NCBI RefSeq assembly: GCF_964213995.1 | Contig: NC_135805.1 | Span: 106,950,001 to 107,014,000, forward strand | Direction: 5' to 3' | DNA length: 64,000 nt | Source of the DNA: Mustelus asterias | Taxonomy: Eukaryota | Shown: in pieces, positions 1-11,300 of the stretch | Numbering within the stretch: position 1 is the stretch's first letter | Layout: the number at the start of each line of letters is the position of its first letter | Made by a program: the position numbers and the translations under genes | The notes under the pieces: model-generated | The model's input: the letters and a program-made list of their open reading frames with translations, nothing else | Told to the model about the DNA's origin: nothing | Database searches by the model: none

Positions 1-189
1 GATCATGCCGGGGCTAATGGTGAGCCACCTCCACCACTGCAAAACACACCACGGAGGGCTGGAAAAGTTCCACCCCTAATTCTGAAGAGTCTATGAACAG
101 ACTTTGATTTGTTGGGCAGGGCTTTTGGCCAGATGAGGAACTGAAAGTGTTCCACAATCGAGGTCACGAGTTGTCATGTGTTCACAGAT

Positions 190-1200
190 GCAGTAGGAGG
201 CGGGTCACACAGCGGTATTATCTAACTCTTTCAGAGACAAGGCTCTGGCAGAATTTCATGCTGAACACACGGTTATAGTCAGTAAGAAATCCACAGCCAG
301 GTGTTTTGTTTATTGGTCTGGGGCAGAGAGTGACCCAGCACCCAATGTATATTTAACAAACCGCAGGAATACACCAACAAAAACTGCTTTACACCAATGT
401 CAGGCGTGACACACCCATTTCAAAGAGGGCTTGTGGACTTTTACTAAAAGGAAAATGACAATTTCTTGGTGCTTATTGACGGCTACTCAAAGTGGACTGA
501 AGTAAAGCATATGAATCAAAACACCAATGCTCAAAAAGACAATAGATCTTAGATTCTTACCATGCAGAAGGAGGCCATTTGGCCCATCGAGTCTGCACCA
601 ATCACAATCCCACCCAGGCCCTATCCCTGTAACTCCACATATTTACCCTGCTAGTTCCCCTGACACTGAGGGTGAATTTAGCATGGCCAATCAAGCTAAC
701 CCACACATCTTTGGAGTGTGGGAGGAAACCAGAGGAAACCCATGCAGACACAGGGCAAACGTGCAAATTCCACACAGTCACCTGAAGCCGGAATTGAACC
801 CAGATCCCTAAGACAGCAGTGCTAACCACGGTGCTACCATGCCGCCCCAGAATGAAGCAAGATCCATTTTTGCCTATAATGGTTTACTGGAGGAGCTTGT
901 CTCAGATAACCACCGTCAATTTAATTCTACTTTGATTCTGAATTTCATGAAGCAAATTAGTATCAAGCACAACCTCACTCTTCCAAGTAATCTGACAATA
1001 AATGGAGCAGCAGAAAGATCTGTGAGAATAGTCAAGGAGCAAGGACTGCACGGATGTTCAAGTTTCGTCATGAAGCAGAGTAGCTAATTTTCTGCTGAAG
1101 TCTGGAACAACCCCGCACTCACTACATACACCTGCTGGGCTCTTAATGAAGTGATGATTATGAACAAGTTTCAGTTTAGTTTTATAAAATTAGATTGCTA
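190..1200 (+). pseudogene. Degenerate Ty3/Gypsy integrase relic, split by a SINE at 541-848
   Basis: Manual translation gives LAEFHAEH..KKSTARCFVYWSG (HHCC region) and NFLVLIDGYSKWTEV. After the SINE, ORF 839-1087 gives RSIFAYNGLLEELVSDN...NGAAERSVRIVK, matching the Gypsy integrase D,D,E core. Stops and frameshifts present; ends approximate. Confidence 0.8.
541..848 (-). mobile_element. HE1-type tRNA-derived V-SINE with CR1-type tail
   Basis: Minus strand starts GGGGCGGCATGGTAGCACCGTGGTTAGCACTGCTG, has a GGGTTCAATTCC B box and the GGGTTTCCTC..TCCTCCCACAC core, and a 3' tail GGGCCAAATGGCCTCCTTCTGC shared with CR1 3' ends in this window. Confidence 0.9.
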
Positions 1201-2446
1201 AAGTTGTGTGAAAACAGTTTAATCAGAGATATCAGTACAACGCAAACAAAAAGAGATGAATAGTTTCAGAAGAAATGAACATTTGTTTTCTGTGACGCCA
1301 CACAAGAAATACAACCCCATCCCTAACACTTCCTCTAATCTCGCCCGTGTTACTGACTATTTCAAGTATTTTAATTCTTCCTAATATATGATTCGAAATG
1401 ACCTGTCGTTAATTTAAGTTTACATTTCTGACAATATTTTCCTGGATTAATTTGGAGTTCTTATTCAGAAAGGCTTCCTGTTTCTGATGACAGAAGATAA
1501 TGAGGATGAAGCAGAGGGAAAAGGCCTGACATTCACGGGAAAGCGGCACTGGAGGGAGGGAAGGTTGGAAACTCATCCCGTCAGCCTGAGAAAAGAGGCT
1601 ACGTCTTAATGTGAATGCCTTGCAATGAAGAAAAAACGAAACATATCAAAGCTCTAACATTCTGACAGAATACGGATGGAGAAGACTGTTGCCACACACC
1701 TTGGCAACCCTTATGAGGCCATTAAACCTCTTCCCACACTGTTTGGCACTGATTGCCTTTGCAATTTCCTTCCATAACATCTGTGGCCTCTTTTCATAGA
1801 ACTTATGCTGCTCTCAGTCCCCAAGGAGCCATTCCCTTACTTGTCCTTGTTTCTTCAAATAAAACAGCTACTGACACACCTGTCGTTTGGTTGTCTTTCT
1901 TTTAGCAATAAGGTGGGAGGCAGTGATCAGGAAGGGGTTGGAAGCCAAGGCGGTGGAAGGAGGGGTGTGTGGATTTTGACACGGTTGCAATTACTGACTG
2001 ACAGTCGCCCATGGTTTTAAGTCAAGTAATTTTCAGTTAAGTAATTATCTTTACAAGATTTAACGTTTTGGTAATGGCTGCAGCCGTCCCTTTAAGGAGC
2101 AGTAAAGCTGCCGAGAAGAAACTGAATGTCCTCTGCAAAACCGCCACCAGCGGTGGGAGCACTGAAAGGAAGGAATAGATCTGTCTATGAAAAGTTACAG
2201 CAGCTGGTGTTATTGTCACACCTCAAGGAATATCTCGAAACATTACCAATGTCACAAAAATGTTGCTAACCATTGACAACAGGAAATAAGAGTCCTGAAA
2301 ACATTTGTATAAATACGCTTATCCCATTCATTCCACTGAACATTTTATGTACATCGATGAGGTGACCTTTAATCTGCCTTCATTCTAGAGGTTCTGTAAT
2401 CTTTCGTCATGTAACTACCGTCCCCTTCACCCTCCCTGTTAGCCTG

Positions 2447-2742
2447 TGATGCACGATATAACTCACGAGGCTAGAGGTACTCGGGGAAATAAAGGCTTTT
2501 ATTGACTACAACAATAGAGCTACCATATATAATACACGATCCCAGACTGAAGGGTCCCAGACAGAGCAGTGACCTTTATACCTCTCCCAGGAGGCGGAGC
2601 CCAACTGGGATGTACCATAAGAACTATATTACAGGTAGAACAGCCCAACCCTAACACCAACAGTAACATATATACAGACTCATAGTACTGGCCAGACCCT
2701 GGCTCAGCACTACCTGGTGGGAACCAACAATGGTTCACCACA
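2447..2742 (-). repeat. 3' LTR of the Gypsy element
   Basis: Near-identical to 6857-7152; minus strand reads TGTGGTGAACC...GCATCA. Confidence 0.97.
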
Positions 2743-2756
2743 TTCACCCCTCCTTT
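2743..2756 (-). promoter_or_regulatory. Polypurine tract (plus-strand primer)
   Basis: Minus strand AAAGGAGGGGTGAA directly precedes the TG start of the 3' LTR. Confidence 0.9.
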
Positions 2757-2805
2757 GAAAACAAAGGCCGGCGGGGTACAAAACACAGAACAATTGTTCA
2801 TCAGT

Positions 2806-5800
2806 CTATAGGTTCAGAGGGTCTGGGGGACCGCACCGTCGTTGTGACCTCCTCAACACCGGCGATGACACTGGTGTAGGCACTCGTGGTGGCGTTCTCC
2901 CCAAGGCGGTGTCCAACGGCTCCTCCAATGTCTCACGGGCCGGTAGACACCGAGGTGGTGACAATCCGCGAAACTCGGACACGCCTTGAAGTGGCGACCA
3001 TCTCCTGGACTCAGGCAAGCTGTACACGGGAGTAAAAGGGTTAAGTGATGGACCCGATGCTGCCCGCGCCGTGTCAGGAGGGGAAACAATAGTTGGGGGG
3101 TCTCTAACAGGAGGTATGGGAGCGACAGGGGTTTCCAAGCCCCCTGCTGGCGCCAGGTCTCGAATCGAGACCGTGCCCTCTCGCCCGTCAGGATATGCCA
3201 CATAGGCATATTGAGGGTTGGCGTGGAGGAGATGGACCTGTTCAACCAAAGGGTCGGACTTGCGGGTCCTAACATGTCGCCGCAGGAGGACAGGTCCTGA
3301 GTACGTCAACCAAGACGGTAATGAGGTCCCAGAGGAAGACTTCCGAGGGAATGAAAACAGTCTCTCATGGGGAGTAGCATTGGTTGCCGTACACAGGAGT
3401 GAGCGTATGGAGTGGAGCGCATCAGGGAGCACCTCTTGCCAACGGGAGACTGGAAGGCCTTTAGACTTCAACGCCAGTAAGACAGCCTTCCAGACTGTAG
3501 CATTCTCACGTTCAACCTGTCCGTTACCCCTAGGGTTGTAGCTCGTGGTTCTACTAGAGGCAATTCCGTATGAGAGCAGGAATTGCCTCAAGTCATCGCT
3601 CATGAACGACGAGCCCCTATCGCTATGGATATAACAGGGGTACCCGAACAGGGTGAAAAGATCACGAAATGCCTTGATAACCGTGGCAGCGGTCATATCG
3701 GAACAAGGAATGACAAAGGGGAATCGTGAGTACTCATCAACCACATTGAGGAAGTACACGTTCCGATCTATCGAGGGAAGGGGGTCCTTAAAATCTACAC
3801 TCAGTCTTTCGAATGGACAAGTGGCCTTAACGGGTTGTGCCCTGTCAGGTCGGTAGAAGTGCGGTTTGCATTCCGCGCATCCCCGGCAGCTTCTGGTTAT
3901 AGACCTGACATCCTCCACCGAGTAGGGTAGATTCCGGGCTTTTATGAAATGGAAGAGCCGAGTGACCCCCGGATGGCAGAGGTCATTGTGGAGAGCCTGC
4001 AATCGATTCTCCTGCATACTAACGCATGTTCCACGCGACAGGGCATCCGAGGGCTCGTTGAGTTTCCCTGGACGATACATGATGTCGTAATTATAGGTGG
4101 AGAGTTCGATTCTCCACCTCAAGATCTTATCGTTCTTGATCTTGCCCCGTAACGTGTTATTGAACATGAACGCCACGGACCGCTGGTCCGTGAGCAGGGT
4201 GAACCGTTTTCCCGCCAAGTAATGGCGCCAATGCCGGACGGCCTCCACAATGGCCTGGGCCTCCTTTTCCACCGCCGAATGTCAAATTTCGGGGCCTTGG
4301 AGAGTGCGAGAGAAAAAGGCGACGGGCCTGCCCGCCTGGTTAAGTGTGGCGGCCAGGGCGAAATCAGATGCATCGCTCTCCACCTGGAAGGGGATGGACT
4401 CATCGATAGCGTGCATCGTGGCTTTCGCGATGTCGGCTTTTAGTTTTTCAAAGGCCAAACGAGCCTCTGGTGCTAGGGGAAAAGAGGTAGACTTGATGAG
4501 CGGACGGGCTTTGTCCGCGTAATTGGGAACCCACTGTGTGTAGTAAGAGAAGAAGCCTAAGCATCTTCTCAGTGCTTTTGCACTAGTGGGCAGGGGAAGT
4601 TCGAGGAGGGGACGCATACAGTCTGGATCAGGGCCAATGACCCCGTTTTCCACCACGTATCCGAGGATAGCTAGGCGGCGCGTGCGAAATACACACTTCT
4701 CCCTGTTGTACGTCAGATTCAGGCGAGATGCAGTGTGTAGGAATCTAAGAAGGTTGGCATCGTGGTCCTGCTGGTCATGGCTGCAGATGATGACGTTATC
4801 CAGGTACGGGAAGGTAGCCCGCAGTCCGTTATGGTCCACCATTCGGTCCATAGCACGCTGGAAGACCGAGACCCCTTTCGTGACACCAAAAGGAACCCTT
4901 AGAAAATGGTACAAGCGACCATCCGCCTCAAAAGCCGTGTATTGTCGGTCCTCTGGGCGAATGGGGAGCTGGTGGTAAGCAGACTTTAGGTCGATGGTGG
5001 AGAACATCCGGTATTGCACAATCTGGTTGACCATGTCAGATATGCGCGGTAGGGGATACGCATCCAGCTGCGTGTATCTGTTAATGGTCTGACTATAGTC
5101 TATGACCATCCGGGGTTTGTTCCCACTCTTGACCACCACGACCTGCGCTCTCCAAGGACTAGCGCTAGGTTGTATGATCCCTTCCTTGAGGAGCCGCTGA
5201 ACCTCAGATCGAATGAAGATCCGATCCTCAGCGCTGTAACGCCTGCTCTTAGTCGCGATGGGCTTGCAGCCTGGCACGAGCTTCTGGAATAAAGAGGGTG
5301 TGGTAATCTTAAGCGTCGAGAGGCTACAGGTGGAGCGCGTTGGGCAATTTAGAGGCTGCGAGTCTCCCACTGAAAGCGGAGGGAGTGGCCCACCATACTG
5401 TAGGGTTACGCTCTTCAAGTGGACCATGAGATTTAGTCCTAGGAGAATTGGCGCGCAAAGGTGCAGTAACACCAGGAGCTTGAAGCTCTCGTAAACCGTG
5501 CCCTGCACTGTCAGATTTACCACGCAACTCCCTAGCACGGTGACAGACCGGGACCTTGACGCCATCAAAATTGTCTGCTTGACAGGCTGAATCCGGAGGC
5601 CACACCGCTTCACGGCGTCTGGGTGAATGAAGCTCTCCGTGCTCCCGCTGTCAAACAGACAATAAATCGTGCATTTGTTTTCCTGTATGTCCATCATGGA
5701 CTTGTCGAGTCTGTGAGGCTTTGCCTGGTCCAGGATGATCGACGCCACCGTTGGTTCGTGGGCGCCACTGCAGGCAGCTGAGATGGATGATGATGACCCC

Positions 5801-6033
5801 TGCTGGTCATTCGCGGTCGGTGCCGACCAAAATGGCTGCCCCCATAGGTCGCACGTGGGCGATGGCGCCAAAACCAGCAGCCCATGGTCGTCGCGCGTCT
5901 CTTGTGACTCCGTCGTCTGGAATGGCGACGTCCTGGCCTCGCACGTGGAAGAAGCCCTTGACGATGCCGACGACGAGGAAACCGGCTCCGGGGAGTCACA
6001 CGCCGCACTGCTGTTCCTGGATGGAAGTTTGGA
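2806..6033 (-). pseudogene. pol: Gypsy pol (protease, RT, RNase H, integrase); one in-frame TGA at 4282-4284
   Basis: PR: CLFDSGSTESFI. RT: SPWRAQVVVV, IDLKSAYHQ, PFG, YLDN. RH: VESDASDFA, EKE, LTDQRS, SDALSR. IN: HNDLCH..CRGCAEC, VDFK, HSDRG, NGQVER. ORFs 4282-5871 and 2806-4272 are in the same frame, reading GPEI-TGA-HSAVEKE. Confidence 0.95.
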
Positions 6034-6801
6034 TCAGCATACCTTTGAATAATGCCCCTTCTTGCCGCAGGCGGAGCACAACACCGCTTTAGTGGGACAT
6101 CGCTGCCGAGGGTGCTTCACTCCCCCACAGAAGTAACACCACGGGCTGCCTGGAGCTGCTGCCGTCGTCAGGCCCGAGGGTGGGAACGCAATCACGCAGT
6201 TTTTCGGTCCCGCTGAATGAAGTGGGGTCTGTGACTGCCCCTGCCACGTTGTCTCCACGTGGTCGTCGGGGTACATCGCCAGACTTTTGGAGGCCGTTTC
6301 TAGCGCATCCGCTAGCTCTATGGACTTAGTGAGATCGAGATTACCTTGCTCCAACAGCCGAAGGCGGATGTAAGACGAGCCGATTCCCGCCACAAATGCA
6401 TCTCGAGCGAGGTCGTTCATGTTCTGGTCTGCCGACACTGCTTTGCAGTTACAGCCCCTGGCTAGCTGTAGGAGCTCGCACGCGTACTTTTCCATCGTTT
6501 CGCCGGGCTGCCGCCGTCGAGTGGCTAAGAGATATCGAGCATGCATCTCGTTCGGCGGTTTAATGTAGCACTTCTTCAGAAGCTCGAGGGCCCCTTTGTA
6601 GTCGGTGGCCCCACGGATCACTAAATATGCAGCGTCGCTCACCCTCGCGTGGAGGCCCCGGAGTCTGTCGGCGTCGGTGGTGACCGCTGCGGAGGCTTCG
6701 AGGTAATCCTGAAAGCATTTCAACCAGTGGTCGAAGGTGTTCGAGGCGCCCGCCGCACGTGGGTCCAACGTAAGCCGTTCGGGTTTAAGCATTTGCTCCA
6801 T
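6034..6801 (-). CDS. gag: Gypsy Gag with two C-terminal CCHC zinc knuckles, in frame with pol across a TGA
   Basis: 255-aa ORF with RRRQPGETMEKY, ARDAFVAGI, CYFCGGVKHPRQRC and CSACGKKGHYSKVC. 6033-5871=162, so pol continues in the same frame. Confidence 0.93.
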   Translation of the reverse strand: MEQMLKPERLTLDPRAAGASNTFDHWLKCFQDYLEASAAVTTDADRLRGLHARVSDAAYLVIRGATDYKGALELLKKCYIKPPNEMHARYLLATRRRQPGETMEKYACELLQLARGCNCKAVSADQNMNDLARDAFVAGIGSSYIRLRLLEQGNLDLTKSIELADALETASKSLAMYPDDHVETTWQGQSQTPLHSAGPKNCVIAFPPSGLTTAAAPGSPWCYFCGGVKHPRQRCPTKAVLCSACGKKGHYSKVC

Positions 6802-6840
6802 GTTCTCTGTGTCGTTTTTTTTTCAACGAAGAGAGTTCAA

Positions 6841-6855
6841 TTGTAGTCAATAAAA
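6841..6855 (-). promoter_or_regulatory. PBS-position sequence complementary to the element's own LTR (6907-6921); not a tRNA PBS
   Basis: Minus strand TTTTATTGACTACAA lies 1 nt after the 5' LTR end, lacks the TGG of tRNA-3'-end PBSs, and is the perfect reverse complement of LTR TTGTAGTCAATAAAA. Confidence 0.8.
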
Positions 6856-6856
6856 T

Positions 6857-7152
6857 TGATGCGCGATATAACTCACGAGGCTAGAGGTACTCGGGGAAAT
6901 AAAGGCTTTTATTGACTACAACAATAGAGCTACCATATATAATACACGATCCCAGACTAAAGGGTCCCAGACAGAGCAGTGACCTTTATACCTCTCCCAG
7001 GAGGCGGAGCCCCACTGGGATGTACCATAAGAACTATATTACAGGTAGAACAGCCCAACTCTAACCCCAACAGTAACATATACACAGACTCATAGTACTG
7101 GCCAGACCCTGGCTCAGCACTACCTGGTGGGAACCAACAATGGTTCACCACA
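6857..7152 (-). repeat. 5' LTR with TATA box (6985-6990), Inr-like site (~6958) and AATAAA (6908-6913)
   Basis: Minus strand GGTATAAAGG, then T(T/C)AGTC about 30 nt downstream, then GTCAATAAAAG. Confidence 0.95.
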
Positions 7153-7162
7153 GCCTGCACAG

Positions 7163-7423
7163 TCTGGCACAGTAGTTAGCATTGCTGCCTCATAGCGCCT
7201 GACACCTGGGTTCGATTCCCGGCTTGGGTCACTGTCGGTGTGGAGTTTGCACGTTCTCCCCATATCTTCATGGGGGTGCTCTGGTTTTCTCCCACAGTCT
7301 GAAAGCTATGCAGGTTAGGTGCATTGACCTGAACAGGTGGCAGAGAGTAGCAACTACAGGAATTTCACAGTAACTTCATTGCCGTGTTAATGTAAGCCTT
7401 ACTTGTGACTAATAAATTAACTT
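7163..7423 (+). mobile_element. V-SINE, alternative-tail (type B) subfamily
   Basis: HE1-like head and core followed by tail CACAGTAACTTCATTGCCGTGTTAATGTAAGCCTTACTTGTGACTAATAAA. Confidence 0.85.
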
Positions 7424-9724
7424 GAAAGTCTTGTTGCTTTTCACTGCATCTTATCTAAAGCACGACTCTGATTTCTGTGGTGCGGTGACCAGAATTGAAC
7501 ACAATATTTCAAATGTGGTTTGACCAGTGAATCAGAGAGCCTTCGCACAGCCTCCAGGGACCTGTACTTTCCTGTTCTGGTTACACAAACTGGTGAATCA
7601 CTTGTAGCTCTTTCATTTTATTTTTTATTTTTCTAGAGGTCACAGGGATTATAAGAAAATTACAAATCTTTGGTATTAAACAAAGGGCTTTCATCACAAA
7701 TCAGGAAAGTGTTGGAAATTATTTGCAAAGACCATGAAAAAAAAGTCCTGGAGGAATTTCATGCCAGTATCATTTTCAGGGAATTAAATGAATAGGCAAA
7801 ATGAGACAGAACTTTTAAAAAAGCTCCCTTCAGGTAGAGGGCAGAAGGACACAGTTAGGGTTTTAAGGTTCTGAATGGATATCCAAGTATGGACATACAT
7901 GATGCAGCAAACCTATCACTATCTGATGACGCAGTGCGGCGTAATTTTAACTTGTTAGATAAAAGCACTCTAAGACATGGGATACGTGGTATCGGACTGG
8001 GAGAAGAATCAGTTCATGCTGGCTTGTCATACCTTGTGCAAGGAATGACTCCTTCATTGGAATGGGTAGGCCCAAGGTCCACCTGATATTGGACTGAGGC
8101 CCTCATTTACATTGGTGTGTCACCCCCAGCAGCCCTCAAATAGACCTTGGAGTAAGAAGGAGGCCAAATAGGAGAGGGAAGAACGAAATGATCAGGACAA
8201 AGAGGAAGAAATTGTTGGGAATAAAGTGAGAAGGAAGGATCAGGAGGACGGAGGAGTAAAGACTGAGTCGAGGGAGTCAGCACTCTGGAGCAGGGAGGCA
8301 GTGATTGAGAGAGGAAGAAAGGGTACAAATGGAAAGGGTCGGCAGCGATCAACCGGAGGGGGCAGAGGGAGACAGTGAAAGGGAGGTGGGGGGGCAGCGA
8401 TCAGGAGGGAGAGGCAGCGATTGGTTGGGGGTGAGGAGGTGGTAGTGATCAGGTGGAGGGGAGGGACAATAAGTGGGTGGAGAGGGGGAAAGGGCGACCA
8501 GGTGGAGGGAGAGAATTCATGATCGGAAGGAAGTGGGAGGCGATCAAGAAGATAGGGAGAGGGGGTGGGGTTGACCTTCAGGGTTCTGTGGTTTCAATAT
8601 GGAGCCAGGTGTAACATTCCTGCTCTTTATGGTTCCACATTCAGGAATGTGCTTTTTATAAAACTCACCATGTTGTTGGCAGATCCCGGGTTATGTCGAA
8701 TGTAGACCTGGCTATCCTACCCCTGTCTGATGCCAGCTGCATTCAGGGTAGTCCAATTTTACAAAATGCACCTCAGACAGATATTAGTCCCTCTATTTTT
8801 ATGTGCAAAGGATCGTTTTTAGGTATAGGCCCTTCTCAAACTGATTGCAATATGATGGGCACGACACCCAGAATGAGTGGGCATTTGCTTCCCGCTATAT
8901 TGCATACTTTTATGCCCATTTTACATTGAAAGAATAACTTCAGAATATTGCAAAAGCTGTGAAAAACTAATTGAGAATAATAGATTTTACATACTGATTT
9001 ATAGATACAGATATCTATATTATCAGGAAGGAACAGAGTGAACATTATGGCCACTTTAAATGATAAGGAAATTGATTTTAAATAATAATCAATGATATTT
9101 ATTGTCTGAAATTATTTTGGCAGAATTTTACCACGGGTATCTGTTCTTTACAGAATTGTAAAACGCACACATCAACAGTGTGTTTATTTGGTGGAATTTT
9201 TTAAATTCAAATTGTACAAAAACATTGACAAAAATTGCTGAAAGATACCTTTGCCGTAGCTCCTCAATGTTTGTTGCACACAAAGGAAGTGGGCTGTGAT
9301 TGCAGTAGAAATGCAATCCGTGGAGGGGTATCAAGTTGTAATATAGGACAGATGTTACCCACCGTGGTTATCATGCTTCAGGCTCCTCACAATGCTCAGT
9401 TATTTCCCATTAACTCAGTCAATGGGCTCACAATCATGAATTTCTGCTCCGATCACAGGTACTTGGTGTTGATGAGTTGAAGAAATGATTCAGGGATCCT
9501 GTTAAGTTTTAATGCAGGAGATGTGAATAAAGTAATGAGAGATAGCAGGGAGCAAGTTGGGAAAGAGGCTGGGAGTGTGAGCATCTGCCTGAAATCTATG
9601 GAGCCAACATTTCACGCAAATTGACCCTGAGTAACAAGGGATTTGTGTGAAGCTTGAAGGAACATTCTCTTGTTTTCTGCTTGGAATGCACCTCATAGAA
9701 ATCAGCTGCAAAATTTGGCTGTGT

Positions 9725-10370
9725 GTCATAGAGGTTTACAGCATGGAAACAGGCCCTTCGGCCCAATTTGTCCATGCTGCCCAATGGGACCAGGAGTTCA
9801 CTGGTTGAGGGAAATACTGGTATCCCAACCACTCCTGGAGTGGCATACAATGATAACCATGGTGATGAGGAGCTTTCAGCCTCTACCAATATTTCAGGCA
9901 ATGAGTCCCAGATCCCCGTAACCCTCTGGGTGAAAACATTTCCTTTTGAATCCTCTCTAAACGTCTTACTTCTTATCCTCAATCCATGCCCCCTATTTAT
10001 GGACCTCTCACCAAGGGGAAAAGGGCCTTCCTATCCATTCTATCGATACTCCCCATCGTTTTATACACTTCAATTATGTCTCTTCACAGCCTCATCTGTT
10101 CCAAAGAAAACAATTGAAGCTCATTAAATATTCCCTCATAACTAAAATTTGTCAATCCAGGCGACATCCTTGTAAATCTCCTCTGTACTCTCTCTAGTAC
10201 AATCATACCTTTCCAATAGTGCAGTGACCAAAGAACGCACGGTACTCCAGCTGTGCCCTTACTAGTTCTAATGTAACCTCCATGTTGTTATATTCAATAC
10301 CTTGGATAATAAAGGAAAATATCCCATATGTCTCTTGATTCCCTTCAGGAATCTGTGGACAGACTGCACC
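9725..10370 (-). mobile_element. CR1-clade LINE 3' fragment
   Basis: ORF track FTQRVTGIWDSLPEILVEAES, plus the CR1 3' UTR TTGGGCCGAAGGGCCTGTTTCCATGCTGTAAACCTCTATGAC on the minus strand. Confidence 0.85.
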
Positions 10371-10543
10371 TCTTTTTCCCCACAGGCAGGTTAGGTTAAA
10401 ATCACCCCTTTGTTTTAGCTACCCCATGCCCTCAAAAAATTATTCCTATGTCAGGAAATGGGCACAGCCAAACATTATCTCATCATTGTTCCAATTATAG
10501 AGGTTAATGGTAACCTGAGAGAAGTCACCCCTTGCTGCACTGG

Positions 10544-11300
10544 TGAGGCATATTATCTAAATGGTGAGAGATTGCAGAGCTCTGAGGTGCAGAGGGATCT
10601 GGATGTCCTAGTGCATGAATCACAAAAGGTTAGTATGCAGGTATAGTGAGTAATTAGGAAAGCTAATAGAATGTTGTTCATTGTGAGGGGAATTGATTAC
10701 ACACGCTGGGAGGTTATGCTTCAGTTGTATAGGATATTGGTGAAACCACATCAGGAGTATTGTGTACAGTATTGGTTTCCTTATTTAAAGGAAAATGTAA
10801 ATGCGTTAGAAGAAGTTCAGAGAAGGTTTACTTGACTAACACCAGGAATGGGCAGGTTGTCTTATGAGGAAAGATTGGAGAAGTTACGTTTGTATCCATG
10901 AGAATTCAGAAGAGGAAGAGGCAACTTAATCGAAACCTTTAAGTTCCTGAGGGTTATTGACGGGATGGACGAGGGAGGCGACGTTTCCTCTTGTCAGAGA
11001 ATCTAGATCTAGTGATCGCTGTTTAAAAATAAAGGGTCGCTCATTTAAGACAGAGGTGAGAATTTTTTCCTCTCAGAGAATTGCAAGTCTCTGGAATTTT
11101 CTTCCTCAAAAGACAGTGGAAGCAGAGATCTTGAACATTTTTAAGGCTGAGCTAGATAGATTATTGATTAACAGGGGGGTGAAAGGTAGGCAGGAATGAA
11201 GTTGCAATTAGATCAGCCATGGTCTTATTGAATGGCAGATCAGGCTCAAGGGGCTGAGTGGCCTACTCCCGCTCCTAATTCGTATGTTCGAATGTATGTA
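10544..11300 (+). mobile_element. CR1-clade LINE 3' fragment
   Basis: YYLNGERLQSSEVQRDLDVLVHESQKVSMQV and FSSQRIASLWNFLPQKTVEA; 3' UTR ends in short (GTATGTTC)-like repeats. Confidence 0.9.

Larger units (their letters stand above)
2447..7152 (-). mobile_element. Full-length Ty3/Gypsy (Mag-like) LTR retrotransposon
   Basis: Two 296-bp LTRs (2447-2742, 6857-7152) with TG...CA ends and 6 mismatches by manual comparison. TSD GCCTG at 2442-2446 and 7153-7157. PPT next to the 3' LTR. Domain order gag-PR-RT-RH-IN. Confidence 0.98.

Noticed and set aside
2037-2190. Minus-strand exon after a good acceptor near 2162
   Set aside because: No frame gives a recognisable peptide and the donor is weak.
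2645-2661. Telomeric repeat in the LTR (CCCTAAC)
   Set aside because: Only about one unit is present, which is expected by chance.
6034-6036. Programmed stop-codon readthrough between gag and pol
   Set aside because: A second in-frame TGA occurs inside RNase H, and both fit CGA-to-TGA CpG decay, which is the simpler explanation unless sister copies share the stop.
2853-6092. Overlapping and antisense ORFs within the Gypsy element
   Set aside because: They are shadows of a GC-rich coding frame with no recognisable domains.
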